From: Catajapyx aquilonaris
Lineage: Eukaryota
Direction of reading: 5' to 3'
NCBI GenBank assembly: GCA_000934665.2
Contig: KZ537966.1
Coordinates: 124,001 to 188,000, forward strand
Length of the DNA: 64,000 bases
Below, one piece after another: positions 46,501 through 57,200 of this stretch. How positions within the stretch are numbered: position 1 is the first letter of the stretch; each line of letters begins with the position of its first letter. The position numbers and the translations under genes were made by a program. The notes below the pieces were generated by a model. The model worked only from the letters and a program-made list of their open reading frames with translations. It did no database searches and had not been told where the DNA came from.

Positions 46501-49500
46501 GCAGGCATCCAAAGTTATGTGGGGGCGGACTAGCTGATCGGGGCTAAGCCTCTGACCCTTCGATTCTGCATCTGCCTTTCGTTTTTCATAAGCTGCAACT
46601 TCATCCTGTTGTACGCATGAAAATTATTCATTGCGATATACATGCCATTAATAATAACAGTAAAAACGTCACCAGTTAATAAAACGCAACCAAGTGATTT
46701 AAAATCTTTGGCAAACACCTCACGTTGAAGGCATTAGCCAAATTACTGCATTGCGCAAGCTAACCTTATTTGTAGCTGACTCCAGTGGAATGGGAAGTGG
46801 AAGCGATGACTCTGTACGATGTGCATATTTAACCTTCCCTGATTTGGTGCATTGGACCTTGTCCTCTACCCGAAACTTAAAGCAATCAGCCGGATTGGCC
46901 TGATGGCGACTGTTCCTCTGCAAACCAATCAACAAGACTGTTACTAAACAACATGAGGACATGTCGTACACCTCAATTGGGATGAGCATACCTCAACTAC
47001 ATTTATAAGATGAAGAAGAAATTCCTGGGCATCCTGCTGCTTCTTTGTGGAGAATTCTGGGTGGTCTTTCCCAATCAACATCCGGAAACGCTTGGGACTA
47101 ACGCCAGGCTGAGACTCATTGGCATCCATATCAATAGAGTTGCCGTCAGCAGGAGGGGTAGAGTACTTACCACTCAGAAGACCTGTACCAAGTTTTGCCC
47201 TGAAACAATATTCAGAATAAGTTTGTGTACTATGACTGGCAATTATTTGACGATTGTCACAGGCTACACAAATGTTGTACAATGCTAGTGCAGTCGCTAA
47301 TACTAATAGTATGACTGAGGACACGAAAGTCAAGTGGCATAGCTGTGATGACAACATGGCGAACTTATTTAACCATAACTTACATCTGCACATTGAAGTC
47401 GCCCACTGGGTCATTGTGGCCATCAAAAATTGCCTCAGCTCCATCAACAAACCTCTGCTGGAAGTCAGGTATAGTGAACAAGACTTGCATGACGCTGTTC
47501 AGGTAGCACGAATTTCCCAAATTGGCCAGACCAGTGTACCCGGGACCAAACATGGGCTTCAGGTGACAGCCAGCCTCCTGCAGGGTGGCCCATTCTCCCA
47601 CCCGCTGGTTCATGTCAATCTCCAACTCAGCCATGGATTTGTCAGTCTGGAACAAAAAAGGAATTAACCTCCAGAACATCACTCTATTTGGTGCAATTCG
47701 TACTTTCATATGGGGCTTTTCTTATGCCTTCATTATTAGGGCATTCCAGTATCACAATTTATCTCAGCAAATTAGACGACAGCAATATTAATCCGTAGTT
47801 ATTTATCATTTACCTTCTCCATCTGGGAAATGTTGATGCCAAAATGGGCAAGGTGTTGCACCAGCTTGGGATCCTCCACCATGTCATCTTCATCGTAGCT
47901 GTACACATCTGCCTTCCCATCTGGAGTAATTGTGCCCAGCTTCACTGCTAGTGGGTAACCTGTCTTTTGGAAGTGTTCCAAAGCATGGTTGTTCCCACCC
48001 GAGCCATCAAAGAAGCGGCGGCCACAGAGAACGCATCCATCTGTGAGGTTGAGCCAGAGATTCTCTGTCATGTCGCAGTCCTCACACTTCCAGCCACGAG
48101 GAGGAATCTTCCTGCCATCATTAATTTGGACGAGGTTTTCTGCATGCCTAGGTAAGAACAGGGAATTAAATTATTTTTTTGAAGACTGGGTTCCTAAAAT
48201 CCGAAGATTTCATACACATTCATTCATTAGATCATTACATTCTGCCAATTTCAACAGAAAACTGCTCTCAAATTACTTACTTTGAAACCTTTCGTAGTTC
48301 ACCATCCCATGTTGCATTTAACGCTTGGATCTCATCAAGCTTACTGGCAGAATCAGCTGCAATTAATGCGGCAGCAGCTAACTGCACCTGCAATTGGATT
48401 ACAATCTCTTATAATAAAGCCTCAAAATGAACATCAGGGGTCCAAAAGACAAGCAATTTATTCATCTTATGTGGACTGTGCAATCTTCACCATTTGTGTC
48501 ACCCATACTGTACCATATCTATTGTGCACAACAATAGTCTCAATATGGACAAATGGTCAGTTCTACATGGTGACCCAAAAGTCTGGACACACAGGTAATT
48601 GTATTTTGTTGTTGGTTGACAACCATGTGTCCAGACTTTTGGATCGCCATGTAGAAGTTGTCATTTGTCCATATTGAGGCGATTGTTTTGCACAATTTGG
48701 TACTTTTTAGAATAAAAACATGAAAAAGCAAACCATACACGTTCAGGAAGCTCTGGATTAGGAAAAGACGTCTGCGCAAAGTCCGGCAGAACGACCAGGT
48801 TGAAATGCTCATCGTACTCATACTTCTTGGCCGTGTCCGGATTGAACCCTCCTTCAACCCCGATGGCTAGCCGCGTTATCTTCTTCTCCGGCCCCTCATT
48901 GTTCCCCTTCTCCAAAGGTATCTCCTTCTTGTACCTCTTCACATGAAGGAACACCGAGTTGCCTGTCTTCCTTTGGTAACGCTCCACATACTCACGTCCA
49001 AGCCCCAGGAAAGTGCTCATGCACACATACAATCCATTTTCCGATTCCTAGAGAGAGAGAGAAATTCATTTCAAACATATGGGAACGTTTGTTTGTTCGT
49101 TCACAGCAAGGGTCTCCATGGCAGCAAATTGGCCATGCAAAGAATGGGCTCCGTTGCTAGTCTACCATAAAAACTGTCCCCTGACTGTTGCCACGGACAA
49201 ACAAACTTTACAAAGGAGAGTTTGCCCATGCCAACGGTTCTTCGCATAGCCTGTGTCCATCCTTTGATGCCATGGTGAGGACCGTTGCCATGGGCAAACC
49301 AACATTCTTTGTATAAGAAAGTTTGTTTGTCCATGGCTACAGTGAGGGGACTGCTGTTATGGTGGCCATGGACAATCTTTCCCTTACAAAGTATGTTGGC
49401 CCATGGCAACGATCCTCACCATGGGTACAGGGCCATGGGAAGAATGGGCTCTGCTGCTAGTCTACCACAAAAATGTCCAATTTGACAAACTTTACACGGG

Positions 49501-50012
49501 AAAGTTAGTTTGTTCATGGCAACGGTTCTTCGCATGGCCGGTGTCTATGGTTTGATCCCATACTGTTGCCATGGACAAACATGCTTTGTAAGGGAAAGTT
49601 TGTTTGTCCATGGCAACGGTCTCACCGCCGCATCAAACCATGGAACACAGGCCATGTGAAGAACAGGCTAGTCTTTTACACACGAGGGAGAGCTTGTTCG
49701 TTCGTCCATGGCAACGAGGTCACCATGGCAAACCGGCCCTCCATGGCAACTACTGAACCCTGGGCAACAGGCAGTGAAGAGAACGACATGTCATCCGCCC
49801 CATGGTGGAGCAATAATAAAAATAGGAATCATGACAGTGCATTAAAAGATGACCCCAGCCAAACTCGGCCGTGTTCCGAACGGAACGCGTGCTGAACTCA
49901 CGGGGGTGTCGAAGGAGTAGACGCACTCGTCCTTGTAGATCTTGTCTCCGTGGGCTGGGATCCGGATCTTGGACAGATGATGCGGCTTCAGGAGATCACA
50001 CACGGCGGCCAT
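43550..50012 (-). CDS. USP5: Ubiquitin carboxyl-terminal hydrolase 5 (isopeptidase T), 10 coding exons
   Basis: Exons 50012-49902, 49047-48739, 48387-48281, 48147-47814, 47646-47384, 47199-46992, 46917-46765, 46605-46195, 45953-45557 and 43722-43550. Motifs: [13 protein letters not shown], ZnF-UBP ([27 protein letters not shown]), Cys box [16 protein letters not shown], two UBA domains (MDMGF, MAMGF) and His box [17 protein letters not shown]. Confidence 0.96.
44549..45442 (-). mobile_element. Decayed, internally deleted mariner transposon in the last intron of USP5
   Basis: Imperfect TIRs caaggtgggtcaaatattaatggaactgatttttt and aaaaatcagtcccagtcatatttgaacccccttg, flanked by TA on both sides (44547-48, 45443-44). 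Broken transposase fragments on the minus strand: EQRIIIKFL, and [23 protein letters not shown]...[11 protein letters not shown]...WDLLPNP..PDMSSSD (mariner DD34D region, YSPDLAPSD degenerate). Confidence 0.9.
48521..48696. repeat. Inverted repeat (about 70-bp imperfect arms), MITE-like, in USP5 intron 2
   Basis: ctcaatatggacaaatggtcagttctacatggtgacccaaaagtctggacac pairs with gtgtccagacttttggatcgccatgtagaagttgtcatttgtccatattgag. Confidence 0.75.
49085..49790. repeat. Degenerate repeat array rich in GTTGCCATGG / CCATGGCAAC in USP5 intron 1
   Basis: About 10 copies of gttgccatggacaaac / gtttgtccatggcaac-type units in both orientations, plus a repeated agaatgggctc.g.tgctagtctacca block. Confidence 0.75.
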
Positions 50013-50306
50013 TTTCGGATCGGGGATCTCATCAAAGGCCGGTGGGGGAAGGCGGGGGCTGGACAGGGGAAGGGGAGGGAGGGAAGCGGATGTGGCGGGA
50101 AGAGGGGCGGGGAGGAACTCGGCCAATCAGATGGCAGGGAGTGGATCACGTGACTCACAATTTTTAAATTTTGAATTTTAAAATACGAAATTAAAGCCGC
50201 TACACGTTGTGCCGTGTTAAATTCGGATTAATTGAGAGCGGTGTGTGCTAATTAGGTGGGGTTAATTAAACCAGCTGGCTACCTTGCGATGACAGCAAGA
50301 AGCAAG
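50013..50306. promoter_or_regulatory. Bidirectional promoter USP5/DCTN2
   Basis: The divergent ATGs are only about 295 bp apart. GC box ggggcgggg (50104-50112), CCAAT (50123-50127) and E-box tcacgtgac (50146-50154). Confidence 0.75.
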
Positions 50307-50509
50307 ATGGCCGATCCCAAGTACGCGGATTTGCCTGGAATCGTGAGTTAAATTCGACTCTTTTTATTAGGGCGTGGCTGTTTAATTGCTCAAATTGCGT
50401 TTCATTTGCAGGCGTATGACCAGCCGGACGTGTATGAGACCACGGATCTGCCAGAGGCTGACCAGGACTATGACTTCACCAGTGTGAGTGAAAGCTGCAG
50501 GGTTCTTCC

Positions 50510-50576
<67 letters not shown>

Positions 50577-52252
50577 ATTGTACAGTACTCCCGATTATCC
50601 GGGTGCGGATTATCCGTGCATCGGCCCGAAAAAAATTCAATAATATGTTCGTCAACAGAAGCGAAAGACTTTTTCCAGAAGACAACTAAAAATCTATGGT
50701 AAATTTTATTATTTCATTACACATTATTTAAAGCAGCATACACTATGTACAGTAGTACCATACATAAATCTCTTAATGGCTCATTTTTACGGTATCTATA
50801 ACCATTTCCGGATTATCCTTGTTTTTCTGTTATTATCCACCCGTGCAGTCATTAGCCCGGATAATTGGGATACTGTGTGATGATGATGACCGTAATTGTA
50901 CATAATCAGTGCTACAGAAATGTACATCTCAGCGGCTGTAATGAGCCAGAAGAATAAATCATTATCGCCTTCGTCGTCATCACAACAATAATAATGAGCG
51001 TAATTGTACAGCTGTAGGGATCCATAAATATGCGTACATTGGTACATTATAAAATAAGTCTTACTATAACATTTATTTAGAAATGACCTTAACTTCCATT
51101 TGTTGCCAACTGTTGACAGGACGAAACGTGACCTTCACCATTTCATTTCAGGATCAGAGTGAATCGGTTGAGCGACTGCATATTAGTCTGAGCGATGCGT
51201 ACGGCAAGTTTAAGGATAAGAGCCTGACCTGCAATAGAGTTGACTTCTCCGACCGGATTGCACAAGGGAGGTTGCACCAGCGTGGGTACGATGTGCCGCC
51301 GCCTGGTGGGAGTTGGGAGGTTGTGGGGGTCGGGGAGAAGGAGACGCCGCTGCAGAAGTACCAGCGGTTGCAGTGCGAGATTCACGAGCTGATGGAAGAG
51401 GTGACGCAGCTGAAGGGGACTGTCAAGGATGAGACCAAAGGGGAGCAGCCATCAGCAGTACTTCTGGCAGCTCAAGTCGAAGGACTGCAAAAGCAGTTGG
51501 AGTCTGTGAAGCTGGAGGAGACCCTAGGTTCGGAGGTCATTGGCAACTTGGCTGATCCGCATGGCACGCAGCAGAAGAAACTGTTGGCCCAACTGGAGGC
51601 ACTCCGACAGATCAAATCGAAAGAGGCGCCAAAGGGTGGGAAGGCCACCGAAAAGGGAGGGTCAGTCTACGAGCTGTACCACCGTCCAACACAAACCCAG
51701 ATGGCCGAGTCGGCCAAAGCAGCCGAGCTTGAGAAGAGGCTGCAACGCATGGAGACAGTGGTTGGAGCCACACCCGAGAAGCTGTCAAGCCTAGCTGCCG
51801 AAACCAATCACAAGTCGTTGCTGGGCGCCGTTGCCGTGCTTGATGCGAAGTCGTCTCTGCTTGACCCAGCCCAGCTAGACCACATCGAGCTGCGTTTGAC
51901 AAACCTGGTCCAGAAGTTAAACCAAGTAGCGGAGAGGAAGCCTGTTGAAGACTCAGAGAAGCAGAGCCGGGTGGCCGAGCTGTATGATCTGATGAAGAAG
52001 TCTGAGGCGAACTGTGGCGCTTTGCCTGACATGCTTCAGAGGATGTCTGCCCTGAAGGAGCTGCACGAGCAAGCCCTGCAGTTCGACAAGGCTTTACTGC
52101 AGTTGGAAGCAGCACAGCAGCAGGTCGCAGCGAATCAACAGGCACACGAGCAGTTGCTGCAGGAGTTACAAGCTAATATTGCTAAAGATTTGCAGGCTAT
52201 GACCAAGAACATGGCTAGTCTTGACACCAGGGTGGGAGCTCTAAAAAAATAA
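50307..52252 (+). CDS. DCTN2: Dynactin subunit 2 (p50/dynamitin), 3 coding exons
   Basis: Exons 50307-50342 (MADPKYADLPGI), 50412-50483 (AYDQPDVYETTDLPE...) and 51152-52252 (KETPLQKYQRLQCEIHEL..., coiled coils). The N-terminus is the diagnostic dynamitin sequence. Confidence 0.96.
50511..50575. repeat. (AAT)n microsatellite
   Basis: About 21 perfect AAT units in DCTN2 intron 2. Confidence 0.95.
50583..50875. mobile_element. pogo/Tigger-like MITE in DCTN2 intron 2
   Basis: (ta)cagtactcccgattatccggg at the left end and cccggataattgggatactg at the right end form imperfect TIRs starting CAGT. A related end (tacagtagaaccccgatcatccg) is near 31850. Confidence 0.65.
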
Positions 52253-52350
52253 ATTGCGCAGAATTTCACTGTATTAAACAGCATTAATAAAAACAGGATG
52301 GCACGTTTCTTTTCCCTTTTTTTTATTTATCCAATGGGTGACAGCAGAGT

Positions 52351-53137
52351 TTAGAACTTCAGCTTCTGGAAAAACCACCTGTTCTTTCCCAACTTGTACC
52401 TGCAAATGGGAATAGGTATTAGCAACATGGTAAAAAAAAAATTATCACTACCTCCTTACCTCTCCTCGAACTTCATCTTGACAAAGTACCTCGCCTTCTT
52501 CCTCTTGACGGGGTCCTTCAGCGCCTCCTTGCTCACGGTAGTCTTGTCAAGTGCGATATCAACAGAGTAACGTGTGGGCATCAAGTGATTGTAATTGACC
52601 ACCTGGAAGACAATCAAGTACATTTATAACGATGCCTACTTGGACTACAGGTCATAAAATTAATGCTAAGCTCTGCTACTTTCTTTGGTTTGTTTGATTG
52701 GAAAGAATCAAAGGCAACTACAAGTATCCAGCTATCTACGCATCATCGATAGGTCCACTTTCTTTAGTAACTGCATGTGCTGCACATTAACTTCAAGTTT
52801 TACAAATATCAGCCACTACTCGCTTAAGTACGTAAGCAAGAATTTATGACTTAATTTCATGGTAATTGCACATGTAAGCGTGATGAGATTGTCGTCGTGA
52901 CAGGCACATTATCATTACCTTAACGAAAGGCTTGATCTTGGACCTCCGATGCACCTTCTTCTTGCTCATGCGCTTGGTGACCTTCCTCGGATACCTATCG
53001 ATCCCAGCCACCAGGGCGTGCCCGTACGGCTTGTCCGACGTCCCCTCATCGTTATTCTTGAGGACAATGGCCTTGCGTCCAGCGTACCGGCCACCAAGGA
53101 CCAGCACCACCTTCCCCGCCTTCATGATTTTCCCCAT
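52351..53137 (-). CDS. RpL27: 60S ribosomal protein L27 (eL27), 3 coding exons
   Basis: Exons 53137-52919, 52602-52460 and 52399-52351 give [23 protein letters not shown]...[12 protein letters not shown]...[19 protein letters not shown]. Probable non-coding first exon with a GTGAGT donor at 53505-53510. Confidence 0.97.
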
Positions 53138-53238
53138 CTTGGGACTGCTGAAAAAAGGTTAAAACATTAGCAACACGGCCAGTTAGCAAGGCCAGTTCAT
53201 TTTTTTTTGTCATTCCACGACAACTGGTTGCCATGGTC

Positions 53239-53310
53239 AGTTTGTTCGTTCGTTTGTCCATGGAAATGTGTTGCTATGGTAACTCCCATGGACAAACGAA
53301 CGAACAAACT
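53239..53310. repeat. Perfect 25-bp inverted repeat enclosing an X-box, in RpL27 intron 1; related to the 49085-49790 array
   Basis: agtttgttcgttcgtttgtccatgg (53239-53263) pairs with ccatggacaaacgaacgaacaaact (53286-53310). The loop contains GTTGCTATGGTAAC (53270-53283). Confidence 0.8.
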
Positions 53311-53510
53311 ATTCGAGACACATCAGCAGTGTTCTGCGAGTTCAGGGCACATGGTATGCGGCCCGATCATCTGCCCTAGATTGCGGCCCGGTGTTCCCGA
53401 GTTGCGTGCTATTCGGGTGCGGGAAACACCGTGCGTCTGCCCCGTACCGTTTGGGCGTACCGGATGGTTCCTGGCTCCCGGATCGAGACGGATTTTTCCA
53501 CCGTACTCAC

Positions 53511-53950
53511 CGACTTCCGAAGTCTTCGGCCCTGTTGGCTAAGCAGGGTTGCCAGGTTGGGCGCACACTCGCCTCTCCACTGGCCGCACTGTTCGCTTTT
53601 CACAGCAGATTTTTAATGATTTAATAGCGTCTAAATTCGGGAAATAGCCAACAAGTTTTATTTATGTACCGGTATCATTTTAATTAATGTGAAATAGGCG
53701 CTGGCACCCTCGTAAATATAAGCCATCTGATATGACGTTTTCTGATCAACGGTTGCAAATTAATCCGTGGTGGCGCTGCACACCTGCTTACAATTTCTTA
53801 TAGCAGGCACCCCCTGATGCAGTGCCTCTAGTGGCGGATTAAAAAACACGAGATAAATGACAATTAAAGTTTTTCATTCCGCTCACGTGATTCCACTGTG
53901 GCTGACCTTGGATCCCAGAAGAGGCTGCCTTCCATTACTGGTTGGTCAAA
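53511..53950. promoter_or_regulatory. Bidirectional promoter region RpL27/WRN
   Basis: Head-to-head gene arrangement. The RpL27 non-coding exon donor is at 53505-53510 (-) and the WRN acceptor TTTCAG ends at 54204 (+). Confidence 0.55.
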
Positions 53951-54052
53951 ATTAGTTTTATTTTCCTTTACATTTTGCATACTTATCATGAAGACATTAC
54001 CATTATTCGGTGCACGATGGCTTTGTATTAGTCTTTGGCTGCCACTTGTACT

Positions 54053-54146
54053 GTACTATGGGCGCCAAAAGAATTGACCGGAGTTGATGGGTATATAGCG
54101 CCATATACCCATCAACTCCGGTCAATTCTTTTGGCGCCCATAGTAC
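54053..54146. mobile_element. Perfect 44-bp-arm palindrome / mini-MITE with TA flanks
   Basis: Arm 54053-54096 (gtactatgggcgccaaaagaattgaccggagttgatgggtatat) is the exact reverse complement of 54103-54146, with a 6-nt loop. TA at 54054-55 and 54144-45. Confidence 0.8.
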
Positions 54147-54263
54147 CTGTGTTGTTGCTTGGGCTAATAAAATGCTGTCTGAAGTGGACTTTTTCATTTT
54201 TCAGATCTGTGTGGGGGGAAAAAGTGTGCGGCATTGGTGCAATTCTAATGTGCCACTGTGGTG

Positions 54264-57200
54264 ATGCCTACATCAGAAGACATGGAAAAGTCGGTGTCCA
54301 AGGAGGTAGAGGAGGCGATGGCAGCGTTTGCAAATGATGATGATGATGACGACGATGACTGGAACTTCAGTGCCATCAATATAACAAGCAGTCCGGTAAA
54401 AGAGACCAGTGACAAAAGTAGATCAGATGATAGTTGTATGTTTGATGAGTTGGATGATGCAGCTGATGATGCACTTCTTAGTGTGAGCATGGAAATTTTT
54501 ATTTGTCTTCTTTTATTTTAGAAACCTCGGATATCGCTTTTACTTTACTGACACATTTTGATTTTAGGCATGTGAGGAAGCGGAGAAGTCATTGGAAGTG
54601 TCAGGTGATGGAGAAGAAAGCGACTCCAGCCATCTTTCAGGTTTTTATACAGTTGTGGTGTGTACAATCAGCAATCTTCTCATTCGCATTCTTTTAAATT
54701 CTCCAGGCATACCAGCACCTAGCGAGGATCACTTGAAAGTGCTGCAGCAATCCTTTGGGCATTCAAAATTCCGTCCTCATCAGTGGAAGATCATCTATAA
54801 CGTTATAGAGCAAAAGAGAGACCAGTGTGTCATTATGGCAACTGGTTACGGGAAGAGTCTTTGCTATCAGTTTCCCCCGGTGTATGCTAAAGGCTTGGCC
54901 ATTGTCATATCTCCACTGATCTCGCTTATGACTGATCAAGTCCTGGCATTGGAGGTGATGTACTGAAGAATTTTGTTACCTATTTTCAGTATACTGATGT
55001 ATTATGGCGTTTTCAGATGGCAAACATCAGTGCTTGTTTTCTCGGCTCTGCTCAAAAGGAAACCAAGAGTACAGTGTCAAAACTCCTGGCTGGTGAATAT
55101 CGTGTGGTGTACATGAGCCCCGAGTTCTGCAATGGTGATTATGGTCACGATCTGTTGGACGAGATGCATAAGAAACTGAGTGTTACGCTAATTGCCATTG
55201 ATGAAGCCCACTGTGTCAGCCACTGGGGACATGACTTTCGGTCATCATATTTGTAAGATTTTTATTTTGTACTTTCTCCGTAGTTTTTGCAGTTTTAAAA
55301 AATTAAGTATTGAGAAGTCACGTTTAGTATGAAATTTCAGTTGCTTTATTACACAGCCACTGAGTATGGGCCGCTTATTTGCCATTGCTTTGAATCTTGA
55401 TGTTGCTTGTGTTAAGTGAAATTAATTATTTATTGTTTATGTGATGAATGTATGTGTGTTTGTACTATTACAGGACCTTGCATAAATTGAGACTGAAGTT
55501 CAGCCAAGTCCCATTCTTGGCTCTGACTGCCACTGCTACACCAAAGGCCAAAAATGATATTTGTGCTGCTCTCAGATTGCGGTGCGTCCTGTCATAACAA
55601 GCTTGCAATTCGTAGTTTATCAACATCTCTACTTTTGCAGCTCCCCAATACTCACTTGCACCAGCTTTGATCGTCCCAACTTGTACCTGCAAATGAACCG
55701 AACTGGTTTTGGCATTATGGCTGATCTGAAGGAACTCATGTCAGAGAAAACACCTGGAGTTTGGGGATTTGATGGTCCCACCATCATATACTGCCCTACC
55801 AAGTCGAGAACTGAGGAGGTAGCTCTGGCACTGAAATCCAGCAAGATTGACTGCGTGATATACCATGCTGGCATGACTCCTACCCTGCGAAAGCAGTCTC
55901 ATGAGCAGTTTGTTCGGGATAAGGTCCAGATTGTGGTGGCCACAGTGGCCTTTGGGATGGGCATAGACAAGCCAGACGTTAGGAATGTGGTGCACTATGG
56001 GGCTCCAAGGGACATCGAGTCATACTATCAGGAGATTGGGAGAGCTGGACGAGATGGATTGCCAGCCAGCTGCCATGTCTATTGGGAAAAGAAGGACTTT
56101 AACGTACACATGTGAGTATTGGCACATTTGGAGTAATGGTAGGGTGATTTGATGTGTGAATATCCATGCATTATTCACATGCATGAGACTTTTCTGACTT
56201 ATTATGCTGTATAAGCATACTTGCTACACCTTCACAATGTGGGAATAAATTTCGCATCTTAATTTTATGATAAACTTATTTAATAGTTGCAATTGTGTAA
56301 AATTATGAAGATGACCAGTTTTATTCCCACATTGTGAAGGTGTGGGAAGTATGCTTATAGCACATGTCTAATGTAAAGTTGGAACACTTGCAAAATTTTG
56401 TTCAAATGGTTGTAACAGTTAACGACAAAAAAAAATTCGCTTGTAAAATTTATTATGAAAAAATGCAACTTTGAAAAGTGCTATGAAACAAATACGGTAG
56501 TCAGAAGTTGCAGGAAATAGATTATCATGGTTGGAAAATAACATTACCATACTCAGTTTGACCCTTTAGTAAATATTGGAGCATTTACATAATGTTAAAG
56601 ACTGTAAATGCAATGATTGTATTCCCTTAATACAGGTACTTCCTGAAAGATATCGAGAAGGAATCATTCCGCGAATACCGGCACTCCATGATTGAAAACA
56701 TGAAGAAATACCTTTCCATCAAGGGATGCCGACGCAAATTTCTCCTGGAGCACTTTCAACCTACAGTGCAACTAGAAACAAGCTCAGGAAATTTACGCTG
56801 CTGCGACAACTGCACAAGGAATGTCCTGCAGCTTGGAAGTTCCTCTTCTGGTAGAGGGGATCAGGTTGACAGCTCTGAAGATTTCACTCAGGATGCCATA
56901 CTCCTCTTGAAGGCAGTTAATGTCTTCAACGGTTACAAAGGCATCAAAGCTTCAGTGCTGCTTCTGAGGGGATCCAAAGCAAGTCAGTTGGATGCCCGCT
57001 ACCACAAGCATGCGCTGTATGGTGTTGGGAAGCAGCACCCAGACCAGTGGTGGCTAGCACTTGGTTAGTAGCAGATGTCTCGTGTGGTAACATCAGTAAA
57101 AGTTCTGTTGACGTTTGTTGTAATTCTAGCTGACATGCTGACTGATGCAGGGTACCTGAAAAAGACTCTCAAAAAGACCAGTGCATACTCCTGGGTGTCT

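Noticed and set aside
51612..52145. 177-aa antisense ORF, and the similar 234-aa ORF at 35037-35741
   Set aside because: Shadow ORFs on the opposite strand of DCTN2 and PEX14 coding exons.
52603..52918. Possible intronic snoRNA in RpL27 (also WRN intron 58561-58975 and DnaJ intron 62069-62486)
   Set aside because: No convincing sense-strand C/D pair or H/ACA double hairpin found by eye. An Infernal/Rfam or snoReport scan would be needed.
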